Virus record (IMG/VR): IMGVR_UViG_3300043395_001986
Span: 1 to 64,000 of that record
Origin: a virus
Lineage: Duplodnaviria > Heunggongvirae > Uroviricota > Caudoviricetes
Strand: one strand, 5' to 3'
Length of the DNA: 64,000 nucleotides
In this document: one piece after another, positions 39,744-50,824 of the stretch
Layout: each line of letters starts with the position of its first letter
How positions within the stretch are numbered: the first letter of the stretch is position 1
Position numbers and translations under genes: made by a program
Notes under the pieces: generated by a model
What the model was told of the DNA's origin: nothing
The model's input: the letters and a program-made list of their open reading frames with translations, nothing else
The model's database searches: none

Positions 39744-41255
39744 ATGGCAATAACAGATTTAAAAAATATAGAAAATATAAATCTACGAACTGAAACAAAA
39801 GGTCAGTTAATAGAATCAAAAGATTTGAATATCTTTAAGAGTTCCGCTGCTGTTATTAGTCAATTTGGGCAAAGTAAAAACGATGTTATTGAATTTAGAT
39901 TATACGATAAAGCAAATAACTTACTTACTCAAAAAGATAATAAAAAAGTAAAATATATAAAATATATTGAATTTAATAACTATTTAAAAACAGGAATAGA
40001 TTCAAATGGTGAAAAAGTATATTCTGTTGATATAGAAAAATTAATATTAGATTCTGGAAATGGAAATGGAGAATATAGAGTATCTCTTAATTTTGTTAAA
40101 AACAAATTAGGAACAGATAATGAAACTGAAAAAGTATGGATTGAAGAAATATCTCCATCTAGAAAAGAAATAAGAGTTTTACCTTTATTAAAAGATGGTT
40201 CTAATTATAATTCTATAATAGAAAAAAGATACAAAAGTTTTGGAAATAATACAGCAGAGTTAAGAAGTAGTGTATCAAAGGTAACACAAAAAATTGATTC
40301 AATACAATTACAGATTACTAAAATAATAGATGATTATTTTACTTCTAAATATGGATTGAATTATGTTGACACAATTAAAAAAGATTTTGGAATAAATAAT
40401 AATTGGGATTTTGTAAAAACAAAAATACTAACAGACTTTAAAGAATCTTTATTAAATCAAATAAATGGAAAAGAATACAAATTAGGCGCACCCTCATTTG
40501 GTTCACCAATTAATCAAAAACTTGATTTTGATGAATATGAAGAATTTACTCCATATATCCAACAAAGATTAACAGAAGCAATTGATTATAATTTAAAATA
40601 TTTTGTAGAAACCAAATTCCCACCTTCTGTTCAAGAAGAAATTAATAATAGTGATGAGGTTAAGTTATTGGAAAGCTTAATTGAAAAACCATTGGTATCA
40701 AAATCTATTATAGAAGGAAAACCTGCGGTAAGAAAATTACCACCTGATACATTAATGGAATTACTAAAAGGAGTAAAAAAAGTTGATGGAGGGTTAACAA
40801 TAGATGTTACTGACCCTGCAACAGGAAAACAAATAACAATTAAAGCAACTACACCGGAAGAATTAGCATCAAAAATATCGGATATTAAACCATATAAAGC
40901 AAGTCCAAATGACCCTGCTTTACCAACAACAAATCCTGCAAGAAAAAGCATTCAGGATACAATATCTGCTGTTAATAATAAAATAGATGAAACCAAACAA
41001 CAAATCAATGATGCTATTAATAAGGCAAATGAATTAAAAGAGAAAGGTACAAAGGCAATTGCAGATGCACAAGCAGCAGCAAATAAAATAGCAGGATTAA
41101 AAGATGAAGCTTTAGGTAAGATTGGTGATTTAAAAGGAAAAGCAGATGAATTAAAAGGAAAAGCAACCGAAGGATTAAATAAAGTGAAGGGATTGTTAAA
41201 AAAACCAAAGAAAAAAATTGGTCAATCTAAATTTAAAATTCCTAAAATATTTTAA
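39744..41255 (+). CDS. virion structural protein with C-terminal amphipathic repeats
   Basis: EISPSRKEIR; LKGKA repeats. Confidence 0.55.
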   Translation: MAITDLKNIENINLRTETKGQLIESKDLNIFKSSAAVISQFGQSKNDVIEFRLYDKANNLLTQKDNKKVKYIKYIEFNNYLKTGIDSNGEKVYSVDIEKLILDSGNGNGEYRVSLNFVKNKLGTDNETEKVWIEEISPSRKEIRVLPLLKDGSNYNSIIEKRYKSFGNNTAELRSSVSKVTQKIDSIQLQITKIIDDYFTSKYGLNYVDTIKKDFGINNNWDFVKTKILTDFKESLLNQINGKEYKLGAPSFGSPINQKLDFDEYEEFTPYIQQRLTEAIDYNLKYFVETKFPPSVQEEINNSDEVKLLESLIEKPLVSKSIIEGKPAVRKLPPDTLMELLKGVKKVDGGLTIDVTDPATGKQITIKATTPEELASKISDIKPYKASPNDPALPTTNPARKSIQDTISAVNNKIDETKQQINDAINKANELKEKGTKAIADAQAAANKIAGLKDEALGKIGDLKGKADELKGKATEGLNKVKGLLKKPKKKIGQSKFKIPKIF

Positions 41256-41257
41256 AG

Positions 41258-41836
41258 ATGAGAACAACTGATGCATTAGACCAATTATATAATCCAACCG
41301 CTGATTTTTTAATCAGTCAATATCCATGGGTTTCTAGTTTAGAAATGGGAGCACCTTCTGCGGGTGGCTCTACTTTTGGTGGTGGAGGTGGTGGAGGTAA
41401 TATATCAATTGTACCTTCCGTGGAGCCACCATTTTACACAACACCAATAATCACACCAGAATTACCAATAACACAACTTCCAAAAATTAATCTAAAACTA
41501 ACTGGATTAAAAAATGGATTCATAAAGTATGATAATAAAGTATATTATGATGATAATACAATAGAGTTTAATGTTTTATCATCATTAGATTCTGTTACAT
41601 TAAAAGGAGAGGGAGCTAAATATGGAGAGTATTATGTTATTTCATTTGAAAACGTTTCAATAGAAGCACCTGTTAAGGATGCAATCGTATCACCACCAAC
41701 AATGGGCGGGGTAAGTAGTGGTGGAGGAGGAAGAACCGGCGGATATGTATATACTGGAGGACAGTATAATCCTGGATCACCTGGATTTAATTCAAATTTA
41801 GCAGAAAGACCTATTGACCAAAATGCACAAAAATAA
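41258..41836 (+). CDS. Gly/Pro-rich hypothetical structural protein
   Basis: Poly-Gly tracts. Confidence 0.5.
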   Translation: MRTTDALDQLYNPTADFLISQYPWVSSLEMGAPSAGGSTFGGGGGGGNISIVPSVEPPFYTTPIITPELPITQLPKINLKLTGLKNGFIKYDNKVYYDDNTIEFNVLSSLDSVTLKGEGAKYGEYYVISFENVSIEAPVKDAIVSPPTMGGVSSGGGGRTGGYVYTGGQYNPGSPGFNSNLAERPIDQNAQK

Positions 41837-41838
41837 AG

Positions 41839-41850
41839 TATTTATAAATA
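41839..41850 (+). promoter_or_regulatory. putative late promoter, palindromic TATTTATAAATA
   Basis: Fills the gap immediately before ATG 41851. Confidence 0.5.
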
Positions 41851-44800
41851 ATGCCAACATATCAAGACATATTAAATTCAATAAAATTAACCAACAACCC
41901 ACAGGGTTCATTGGATGCTTTTAATAAACAATTTGGAACTAATTTGTCTCTAACAGATTTTAATAATCCAACATTAATTAATACATATTTTTCTAGTTCA
42001 GATACATTGGCAAATCCTGACTTATTAAAAACAATACAAACAACAAATACCCAAGTTGAAAAAAAGATAGTAATTAGAAGATTTTCTAAAGATGATACTT
42101 TATTAGAATCAACTACCCATAATATTGGTGATACTATAACTTTATCTTTTAATAAATTAGCAGACCCCCCTCCTATACCTGTAAGAAAGGATATAACAAT
42201 AACATTTAATTCTACATTAGATTATAAAAAAATACCAAACTCTATTGTAAAATTAAATTCAAAAAATATAGATGGAGATTATCAACAAGTAAAATTAGAA
42301 AAAGAAAAAACTGTCAAATTAAGCACATTTGCTAATTCTTTTGAAAATATAAAAATAGAAGTTGATGGTCTTGGCGATTATATTGTAAATTCTATAAAGT
42401 ATCAAAAGGTCGATAGATATGATTTAAACAATTATACAGAATCCGAATTTAATATTATAAAATCAAATTCTTTAGAACTAACCCCCAACAGTCTTTCAGA
42501 AGATTATATAGTAACATTTGATATAATTTATAATCCAGAATTATTACCTAAAATAGTATTAGATTCTCCAACAATTTCAGTTGATGTTGACGAAACATAT
42601 TTGAATAGTGGAGTTGGTGAAGATTTTTTAGCTATATTTTCTACAAAATACGCAGAAAGTTTTAAAGTAGAAACTCCAAATGGAACAAATGAATACTTGG
42701 TTAATGAAGTAACAACTACATTAAAACAACAAATTTTACAATTAAACTCACTATCCGATTTTCAAAACAAATTCGGTACAGCAAATATAATATTAACTCC
42801 ATATTCGGAAAAAGCAGGTTATGGTGCACCGGTAACATTATTAGTTACTATTGGTAAAGAATACGAATACCCTAGATTAAAACAAATTGAGTATGAAGAT
42901 TATATTTACATACCTTCTTATTCCAATAGAGATGTAAATACAACAATAACATATGAATATGTTTTAACTGATTATGTTTATGTTTATGTTTCAAACGAAG
43001 ATGATAATGGATTGGTCTATAAAGGTGGTTCAAAAGGGTCTGTAACACTTAATTATAAAGAGTTATATCAAAATGGTAAATTAAAATTCAATTCTCCAGG
43101 TAAAGCAGAAATTATAATCGTACCATACAACGTAAGAGATAGTAGAGTTATAAAAGGAGATAGAGAAAAATTTACAATAACATTTGATGAAGCAGAATAT
43201 ACAATATCAAAAGAATCATTAAAAAATGATTTATTTGCTGCCATTGCAAAAGAATTAACATTAGATTATTCAGATGACCCTAGATATTTAAATCATATTG
43301 TAGAAATAGGTGATGATAAACAATTATTAATTGCCAATTGGGATGTAGACCCTTCAAAATTCACAAATTTTAAAATAGATGAATTAGGAAATACAATACC
43401 TGATGGTGAAATTAATAATTCAATTGTAATAAGATTATATGAAGAATTGGATGGACAAATAGAAGTTCACACACCTGTATGGATTTCTAAATTAATGTCT
43501 TTGCCAATCATAACAGATGTTGTGGTTACTGGATACCAATCAATGCAGTGCCCTCCTTTACGAGCACCAAATTTTACAGCAGATGTTGATTTTGTAAAAT
43601 CAAATAGTTTAGGGTATGAGTCGTATGATGAAATAATTTTAAGTGGGTCTCAAACATCTGAACAAATAGTTCAAAAATATTTATCAAATAACAATGTAGA
43701 TGCTTCTAAAATAAATGTAGATTATAAGAGTGGTTCATTATATCTTTGGGATAATTTTGTAAAATATAGTTCGGCAAAAGAAAGAATAATTAATTTTAGA
43801 TATAAACAGGAACTAACCGAATACTACTCACATAGTGTATTTGTTTTAGATAATCATCCGAGTTCATCTCTTTTAGAATATAAATTAGAAAGAGAAACAA
43901 ATCAAAAAAAGAAAGATAATTTAGTTTCTGGATATGATGGATTTGAAAGATTTTTGACAACAGAATTATCATCTAGTGTTAGTGGTGGTAAATTTGTATC
44001 AAATTGGAGTAGTAGTGGGAGTATTTTATCATACAACCCAACCGCAACAAATTGGTATGATTTATTAGTTAATGATGCATATTTGTTTGATAAAGAAAAT
44101 AGAAACTCATTAAAAAATAATTTACCACAATATATTCAAGAAGATTCTAATTACGAAGAATTCTTATTATTCTGTGATATGATAGGTCAACATTTTGATA
44201 CAATTCATTTGTATATCAAAAATATGACACAAATAAGAAACATAAGTGAAAGATATGGTGATGGTGTACATGATGATTATTTATATGTTTACTTAAAACA
44301 ATTCGGATGGGATACTAAAAATTTAGGAAACACAAATGAATTGTGGAAATATTTCTTTGGTATAGATAAAGATGGTAATAATCCAGGAAGAACACTCGAA
44401 AATGGAGAATCATTATCGGATGGAAACGGATTTTTAAGTGGAGAAAAAGCTACTAAAAGAGTCTGGAGAAGAATTGCAAATAATATACCTTATCTATTAA
44501 AACACAAAGGTTCTAGTAGAGGTATTAAAGCATTATTAAGTTGTTATGGTGTTCCTGAATCACAATTATCTATTGTAGAATTCGGTGGACCAAATGACAT
44601 ATCAACAGAAACAACAAAATTTACATATGAAAATGTAACAGCTGCTTTGAAATTTGATACAAATACACATTTTTCAATGAGTTGGAATGGTGATGTAAAA
44701 GCAATTGAAACAAGATTTAGATTAAATGAGTTTGATGAATATGATATAATAAATGGTAATACATTTACAATAAGTTTATTAAATAGTAGTTCATTCTCAA

Positions 44801-46656
44801 CATCATCTGCTCAATATGAAAAATGGGGATGTTTGGTATTTAGTGGAAGCGGTGTTTCAGTAACATCATCACAATATCCTATATATGATGGGAAATGGCA
44901 TACATTATTAGTTCAAAACAATAATAATACAACAGAACTATATTTAGAGCATTCGGATAATGAATTTATAACACAAACCGCATCACTTAATTTTACATAT
45001 CCAACTTCGGATTGGAATAGTGGAACTTCAATTGAATTAGGATATTTTAATGGTGAATTGGATGAGGTTAAAATATGGGATGAACCATTATCTCATTCTG
45101 TATTTGAATCACATGTAATCGGACCAGAAATGATAAATGGTAACAATTACAATTCATCTACTGAAAATTTATTATTAAGACTTGATTTTGAAAGACCTCA
45201 AAATTTTAATAATGATATAACAATCAATAACATTGCACCAATAGATGTATTTCAAGATTATGTAACAATATTTGGAGCAACGCCGGTTTCATCATATCCA
45301 TATAATTTTAGTGTATATGATAGGAAACTTGTTATAGAAATACCAAATTCTGGAGCAAGTAGATTTGTAAATAATAAAGTTAGATTTGAAGAACAAACAT
45401 TAATAAATGACCTTTCTCCTTTAAAAAGAGCAACTGCTAAACAATACGACCAAGCAGCAGCCGATTCAAATAAATTAGGAATATTCTTTTCACCAAATAA
45501 AGATTTGGATTTAAGTATAGCACAATCGTTTGGTGGGATTCAATTTGATGATTATATAGGAGACCCATCAGATGATAATGAGTATGAATATAAAACATTA
45601 AAATCAATAAGAAACTATTGGTTCAAACGTATTGATTTAAATAAACGCAACATATACGATTACATAAGATTAATACGTTCATATGATAAATCATTATTTG
45701 AAAATATAAAACAAATGTTACCAGCGAGAGTAGCAACCAATATAGGATTGTTGATTGCTCCGCATATGCTAGAACGTTCAAAAGTTGATATAAATACAAA
45801 ACCACAAATAGAAAATTTATATTATAGTGGTACATATGAATACCATAATGATTATAATGTAACAATGGATGCTGATTTGTATAAGGAAGCATTGATTGGT
45901 GCTAAACAATTATTACCAACCTTCAACGCATCAGATGAAACAATAAGTGGTACTATTAATTTAGAAATAAATAAAAGTTTAGAAACTTATATTTCAAGCC
46001 TAGAAGGGACGATAACGGAAACCCAAAAAATAGATACATTTTATGCATCAAATGAATATTACACAGCAAGTATAGATGCCGGATTAAGGCAACCAACATT
46101 GTTGGGTTCTATTGGTTATCAAGATGCACAAAAAATAGTTGGAGTTGGAAGTAATTTTATAGATTATGGATTTGGAAACTATTTTACAAATGGATATTTT
46201 GATTACAAATATTATGAAAATGGAAAACTTAATCATAAAAGATATAAAGGTTCGTTAGTAACAACAACATCAAAAACATTTACAGGATTATACACCGGTT
46301 CGGAAGGTAAAACAACATTTAAGTATGGTGGTGCAAAACCTATATTTATATCTGGTTCGGTTACTGAATTGATATTACAAGAAAGTGGCTCTAATTCATT
46401 AAATGTTGGTGATGAATTTAACAAACAGATAATATCTAATGTTAAAACAATCAATGGATATTTACCAACGCATTATAAAAATGTTGGTGACTTAACAACC
46501 GGTTTAAAAAATAGTTATTATAAAGGTTCAAAACAAACAAGTAATACAACTATTGATGGAAAATCACCGGTTGAAATATTCATATCTAATCCGACTGTAT
46601 TAAGAGTTAATAAGCAAGGTAGAGTTAGTGGTGAACCAATTTTAGAAGTTGATTAA
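41851..46656 (+). CDS. large baseplate/tail structural protein with LamG-like domain
   Basis: MIGQHFD, YLLKHKGS.RGI..L..CYG, DGKWH...GELDEVKIW. Confidence 0.65.
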   Translation: MPTYQDILNSIKLTNNPQGSLDAFNKQFGTNLSLTDFNNPTLINTYFSSSDTLANPDLLKTIQTTNTQVEKKIVIRRFSKDDTLLESTTHNIGDTITLSFNKLADPPPIPVRKDITITFNSTLDYKKIPNSIVKLNSKNIDGDYQQVKLEKEKTVKLSTFANSFENIKIEVDGLGDYIVNSIKYQKVDRYDLNNYTESEFNIIKSNSLELTPNSLSEDYIVTFDIIYNPELLPKIVLDSPTISVDVDETYLNSGVGEDFLAIFSTKYAESFKVETPNGTNEYLVNEVTTTLKQQILQLNSLSDFQNKFGTANIILTPYSEKAGYGAPVTLLVTIGKEYEYPRLKQIEYEDYIYIPSYSNRDVNTTITYEYVLTDYVYVYVSNEDDNGLVYKGGSKGSVTLNYKELYQNGKLKFNSPGKAEIIIVPYNVRDSRVIKGDREKFTITFDEAEYTISKESLKNDLFAAIAKELTLDYSDDPRYLNHIVEIGDDKQLLIANWDVDPSKFTNFKIDELGNTIPDGEINNSIVIRLYEELDGQIEVHTPVWISKLMSLPIITDVVVTGYQSMQCPPLRAPNFTADVDFVKSNSLGYESYDEIILSGSQTSEQIVQKYLSNNNVDASKINVDYKSGSLYLWDNFVKYSSAKERIINFRYKQELTEYYSHSVFVLDNHPSSSLLEYKLERETNQKKKDNLVSGYDGFERFLTTELSSSVSGGKFVSNWSSSGSILSYNPTATNWYDLLVNDAYLFDKENRNSLKNNLPQYIQEDSNYEEFLLFCDMIGQHFDTIHLYIKNMTQIRNISERYGDGVHDDYLYVYLKQFGWDTKNLGNTNELWKYFFGIDKDGNNPGRTLENGESLSDGNGFLSGEKATKRVWRRIANNIPYLLKHKGSSRGIKALLSCYGVPESQLSIVEFGGPNDISTETTKFTYENVTAALKFDTNTHFSMSWNGDVKAIETRFRLNEFDEYDIINGNTFTISLLNSSSFSTSSAQYEKWGCLVFSGSGVSVTSSQYPIYDGKWHTLLVQNNNNTTELYLEHSDNEFITQTASLNFTYPTSDWNSGTSIELGYFNGELDEVKIWDEPLSHSVFESHVIGPEMINGNNYNSSTENLLLRLDFERPQNFNNDITINNIAPIDVFQDYVTIFGATPVSSYPYNFSVYDRKLVIEIPNSGASRFVNNKVRFEEQTLINDLSPLKRATAKQYDQAAADSNKLGIFFSPNKDLDLSIAQSFGGIQFDDYIGDPSDDNEYEYKTLKSIRNYWFKRIDLNKRNIYDYIRLIRSYDKSLFENIKQMLPARVATNIGLLIAPHMLERSKVDINTKPQIENLYYSGTYEYHNDYNVTMDADLYKEALIGAKQLLPTFNASDETISGTINLEINKSLETYISSLEGTITETQKIDTFYASNEYYTASIDAGLRQPTLLGSIGYQDAQKIVGVGSNFIDYGFGNYFTNGYFDYKYYENGKLNHKRYKGSLVTTTSKTFTGLYTGSEGKTTFKYGGAKPIFISGSVTELILQESGSNSLNVGDEFNKQIISNVKTINGYLPTHYKNVGDLTTGLKNSYYKGSKQTSNTTIDGKSPVEIFISNPTVLRVNKQGRVSGEPILEVD

Positions 46657-46678
46657 TAAAATAAAAATATTTTTTGAA

Positions 46679-46692
46679 TACTTATATTTATA
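46679..46692 (+). promoter_or_regulatory. overlapping TACTTATA/TATTTATA putative late promoter
   Basis: Intergenic, before 46714. Confidence 0.55.
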
Positions 46693-46713
46693 ATTTAGAA
46701 ATATATACACAAT

Positions 46714-47334
46714 ATGGCATATTTAGATAACACATCATTGACAGTAGATGCAATTCTTACTAAAAAAGGTAGAGAAAAATTAGCAGCAGGACAACCATTA
46801 GGTATTACTCAATTCGCATTGGGTGATGATGAAATTGATTATTCATTATACGAACCAGCACACCCATTGGGGTCTGCGTATTATGATTCTGCAATATTAG
46901 CAACTCCAGTATTAGAAGCATCTCCAGATGAAACACAAGTTTTAAAATACAAATTAGTTACATTACCAAAAGGTAGTACAAAGATACCTGTGGTATCATT
47001 AAATGTAACAGCAATTACAGGAAATACAAATTCTGGTAATTTCCCAATAAACCCATCAACATCTCCAGCCGGAAATAGAACAGCTGGTTACACTGCTATT
47101 TTATCAAATAAAAATGCAGGTTCGTTAATAGGTGAGGGTATTACTGGTAATGTAGGAACTATTTCAACATTCTTGGGTGATAGTACAACTGCAACTGCGG
47201 AAGTAGCGAAAGGATTAACATTTACATTCATACCTAACCTATCATTAACATCAACTATTAGAACTACAATTACAATATATGGTAATGAAACAGGAGGTTC
47301 GGTAACTATTCCAGTAACAATATCAAAAGTTTAA
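46714..47334 (+). CDS. conserved virion structural protein
   Basis: DAILTKKGRE..A...ITQFALGDDEIDY. Confidence 0.6.
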   Translation: MAYLDNTSLTVDAILTKKGREKLAAGQPLGITQFALGDDEIDYSLYEPAHPLGSAYYDSAILATPVLEASPDETQVLKYKLVTLPKGSTKIPVVSLNVTAITGNTNSGNFPINPSTSPAGNRTAGYTAILSNKNAGSLIGEGITGNVGTISTFLGDSTTATAEVAKGLTFTFIPNLSLTSTIRTTITIYGNETGGSVTIPVTISKV

Positions 47335-47343
47335 TAAAAATAT

Positions 47344-48561
47344 ATGGCACAATTAGGACAAAATACGGGTACCCAACTTACAACTGATTTATCAGCGTAC
47401 CTTTTGCAACAAAAAACAAATGCAAACGGAGCAGTAGATACAACAGAGTTGGCAAGTATTATCAATAGATACTTAACAACAGGTGAACAATTAATAAGTG
47501 AGACAGTTGCCTTAACAAATCAAATTTATAAAAGATTTAATACATCTGATATTGTAACTGCAAAAACTGAAATAGTAACAACTGGATTATGGAGTAATGG
47601 AAGTGGTAGTTTAGTATCATTTTATACAGGCTCGGATTCAGATATTGCAGGACATAGTGGCTCAGCAGCATCTAAATTTTATTTTAATGTATATGGAAGT
47701 ACAAATACCGGTTCAGCAGATGTAGAATTTGCTATTGCATATGGACATTTTAATGGTAGTGGTTCTCCTGATTTAGCAGATGATGACCAATCTAAACAAG
47801 AATCAAAAGTAACATATTCTCAATATAGATTAGCACTATTAGGAACTGCAGATGCCAAATTCAGCGTTTACAGCGGTTCTACTGCAGGTGGATGGGATAC
47901 TAATGATATCTATGTAATAAACATTGCTCGTTCAAATTATAGAGAAAAATTGGATGCTGGTAATTTACAATTAACATTATCTGGTTCTAATGGAATTTAT
48001 AAATTTATTGATGATAGCGGAATGGCAGATGCAGATACAGCAAATGGCCAAAGAGTATTCAATATTATTAGTGGTTCTATAAATTTAGGAAGTGGAGTTG
48101 GCTCAACAGAATTAACACCAACTGCATCTAATCAACAAGGATTTGGATTATTCTATCCAGATGCAGGTATTATAGTATTAAACCCAGCAGCGTTATCTTC
48201 AATGGTAGGTAGTGAATTATCACCATCAGATAGTGGTGTTTCTGAATATAATCACAAAAAATTATTAAAAGCTATTCAAGGCGGAGGTGATTTCCAGGCA
48301 AGAAGAACTGAAAATGTTTCTACATCTCATTATTTTGTAAGAGTTCAAAATAGAGAATTTAATTTCTCAAATAACCCTACATTTGCAGATTCAACTGGTT
48401 CTTTCTCTCAAGATACATTCAAAACAGACCCTAAAGTTTATATTACAACAATAGGATTATATAACGATTCAAACGAACTTTTAGCAGTAGCTAAAACATC
48501 ACAACCAATCAGAAAAACTTTTGATTCAGAAGCTCTGATTAAAGTTAAATTAGATTTCTAA
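47344..48561 (+). CDS. virion structural (tail/baseplate) protein
   Basis: C-terminal YITTIGLYND..ELLAVAK...KLDF. Confidence 0.6.
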   Translation: MAQLGQNTGTQLTTDLSAYLLQQKTNANGAVDTTELASIINRYLTTGEQLISETVALTNQIYKRFNTSDIVTAKTEIVTTGLWSNGSGSLVSFYTGSDSDIAGHSGSAASKFYFNVYGSTNTGSADVEFAIAYGHFNGSGSPDLADDDQSKQESKVTYSQYRLALLGTADAKFSVYSGSTAGGWDTNDIYVINIARSNYREKLDAGNLQLTLSGSNGIYKFIDDSGMADADTANGQRVFNIISGSINLGSGVGSTELTPTASNQQGFGLFYPDAGIIVLNPAALSSMVGSELSPSDSGVSEYNHKKLLKAIQGGGDFQARRTENVSTSHYFVRVQNREFNFSNNPTFADSTGSFSQDTFKTDPKVYITTIGLYNDSNELLAVAKTSQPIRKTFDSEALIKVKLDF

Positions 48562-48581
48562 AAATCGTATTGGTATGTGAT

Positions 48582-48610
48582 AAACCCAACCCCGTAAGGT
48601 TGGGTTTTTT
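48582..48610 (+). terminator. rho-independent terminator
   Basis: AAACCCAACC-CCGTAA-GGTTGGGTTT followed by a T-tract. Confidence 0.85.
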
Positions 48611-48631
48611 ATTTCAATATATTTATTTTAT

Positions 48632-50086
48632 ATGATAAAAACTATTCCACAAAGCGATATTAGAATTAGGCCGTTTAAAGTATATAAACGATTTCAACTA
48701 ACACAAGATAATTTAAGCACCGGTTCTTTATCTGGACATCAAAAATTAATTGCAAAGAAAAATGAAGTTGTTGGGGATTTACTAACACCTTCTGCTTCGT
48801 TATGGGCATCAATACATAGAATGTATTACGATGATATTTACAATCCAATAACAACTTTTGGTACTATATCAAAAAATGTAAATAATTCACCATTATTACA
48901 ATTTAGAAAATTAGAAGATAATGCAATTGTATTTACAATACCTCAAGTAAAATTTGGAGAAAAAATAAAACCAGGTTCTTTTACAATTTATGATTCGGAT
49001 AGAAATAATACATTTACGGATAGTTACAACGCCGATGGTGTTTTGTATAGTGATATAGTAGATACAACATGGTCATTATTTAATGCAGAAACTAATAAAT
49101 TCATATTTGTAGATGCTGCATTGGTTGAATATGAATTAGAATTAATTAGTTTTAATGCAGATACCGGCCTTTTAGATTTAAAATATAATGGTAATCCAGG
49201 TACATTGAAAATAAAATATTTAAATACAAACACAGGTGGTATTGTTATATTTGATGTTACACAATATACATTTGATTTTATTACAGGATTTCAAATTGCA
49301 CCAGCAGGTAATATTTTTTATGAGCATGGTATAGCAGTAGTTACTCAATTAGAAGATGTTAATACGGATTTCTTAAATTATCAAATTGATTATAAATCAA
49401 CAAAAACAATTTATGAAAATGAATATTTTATAAGCGTTGATTCGGATGAATTTAATTATTCCACAAATCCAACAGCTTATTATGAGGTAGGTGCTATAAC
49501 TGATTCATTTATTACTGGAGATAAAATAAAATATAGAATTAATGCAGGCTCTACTGCCGGTGGTTTTGTTAACTATTTGGATGATAAAGGAAGTGAACAG
49601 ACTATTTTTATTGAACCAAATAATGTATATACAATTAGAGTATCCAAATTTTATGATTATGAACCAATAAATTGGTCATTCGAAGAAATACCAGATGGTG
49701 GTTCAAATGTATTATATAAAATTCCTGGCGAACAGCGCATGATTCAAAAAGGAACATTACCGGATGGAACGGAATACGATTACAGAAGACCTTTTTCTAG
49801 AACATTTAATTCAGGTTCCAAATACATGGGTATTAATTTAACTGGCTCATTAGAAGTTAGTGGTAAATATGGATATGGTCAATGTGAAATAACAAAATCA
49901 TTTGATGGTGGTAATAGATTTGAATATACATCATCTATTGAAATTGAAAACTCTTTAACACCTTATGTAACAACAATTGGTTTATATGATGAAAACTATG
50001 ATATGATTGCTGTTGCTAAATTACCAACACCAATAAAAGTATATCCAGATTATCCTGTAAACTTTTTAGTAAGAATTGACACTTAA
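48632..50086 (+). CDS. virion structural protein, paralog of 47344
   Basis: EFNYSTNPT; PYVTTIGLYD...IAVAKL..P. Confidence 0.6.
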   Translation: MIKTIPQSDIRIRPFKVYKRFQLTQDNLSTGSLSGHQKLIAKKNEVVGDLLTPSASLWASIHRMYYDDIYNPITTFGTISKNVNNSPLLQFRKLEDNAIVFTIPQVKFGEKIKPGSFTIYDSDRNNTFTDSYNADGVLYSDIVDTTWSLFNAETNKFIFVDAALVEYELELISFNADTGLLDLKYNGNPGTLKIKYLNTNTGGIVIFDVTQYTFDFITGFQIAPAGNIFYEHGIAVVTQLEDVNTDFLNYQIDYKSTKTIYENEYFISVDSDEFNYSTNPTAYYEVGAITDSFITGDKIKYRINAGSTAGGFVNYLDDKGSEQTIFIEPNNVYTIRVSKFYDYEPINWSFEEIPDGGSNVLYKIPGEQRMIQKGTLPDGTEYDYRRPFSRTFNSGSKYMGINLTGSLEVSGKYGYGQCEITKSFDGGNRFEYTSSIEIENSLTPYVTTIGLYDENYDMIAVAKLPTPIKVYPDYPVNFLVRIDT

Positions 50087-50113
50087 CATATATTTATATA
50101 AAATAAACGAATT

Positions 50114-50365
50114 ATGGCAATTAGTTGGAAAGGAAATATAGCAGATACATACGAAAGTAATAAATTCAACGAAAAAGATGCAAACAAACAAACATCAGAT
50201 GTAATTAAACCAAAAATTGATGGTAAAATTGCAGTTGAAGGATTTACTCAATTTCAAACAAAAGATAAATCTGGATTTAATTTAGATGATAAAATTTTAG
50301 ATTTAGTTAAAGGCCCAGGCCAAAACAAATACTCTGCTAATAAGAGATACGAAGGCGGTAAATAA
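50114..50365 (+). CDS. hypothetical protein
   Basis: 83-aa ORF after TATTTATA. Confidence 0.6.
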   Translation: MAISWKGNIADTYESNKFNEKDANKQTSDVIKPKIDGKIAVEGFTQFQTKDKSGFNLDDKILDLVKGPGQNKYSANKRYEGGK

Positions 50366-50370
50366 TTTTA

Positions 50371-50784
50371 ATGGCTAAAAAAGTTACAAAAAAGAACAAC
50401 TCTAAATGGGTTGCAAAAAAGCATGGATTTAAGTCAGGTCTTGAAGAATGTATATCTCAACAAATCGAAGGTAGAGGAATTAAGGTTGAATATGAGACCG
50501 AAGAGGTATCTTATATTATACCTGCTTCTGAACATAATTACCATCCTGATTTTAAGTTACCAAATGGTATTAGGGTAGAAACAAAAGGTAGATTTGTTTT
50601 AGCAGATAGAAAGAAACATCTTTTAGTGAAACAACAACATCCCGAATTGGATATTAGATTTGTTTTCACAAATTCCAAAAATAAAATAAATAAAAAATCC
50701 AAAACTACTTACGCAGATTGGTGTGATAAGAACGGATTTAAGTATGCTGATAAGGTAATACCAGATGAATGGTTTGGTGAATAA
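50371..50784 (+). CDS. T7 gp3-like endonuclease I (Holliday junction resolvase)
   Basis: FKSGLE, YHPDF.LPNG, ETKGRF, DIRFVF, TYADWC. Confidence 0.92.
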   Translation: MAKKVTKKNNSKWVAKKHGFKSGLEECISQQIEGRGIKVEYETEEVSYIIPASEHNYHPDFKLPNGIRVETKGRFVLADRKKHLLVKQQHPELDIRFVFTNSKNKINKKSKTTYADWCDKNGFKYADKVIPDEWFGE

Positions 50785-50786
50785 TT

Positions 50787-50818
50787 TTTGGTAATTTCAC
50801 GATTTTGTTGTATATTTG
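50787..50818 (+). promoter_or_regulatory. Bacteroidota sigma-A-type promoter
   Basis: TTTG(50787-90)-N20-TATATTTG(50811-18), 6 nt before ATG 50825. Confidence 0.7.
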
Positions 50819-50824
50819 TTATCT

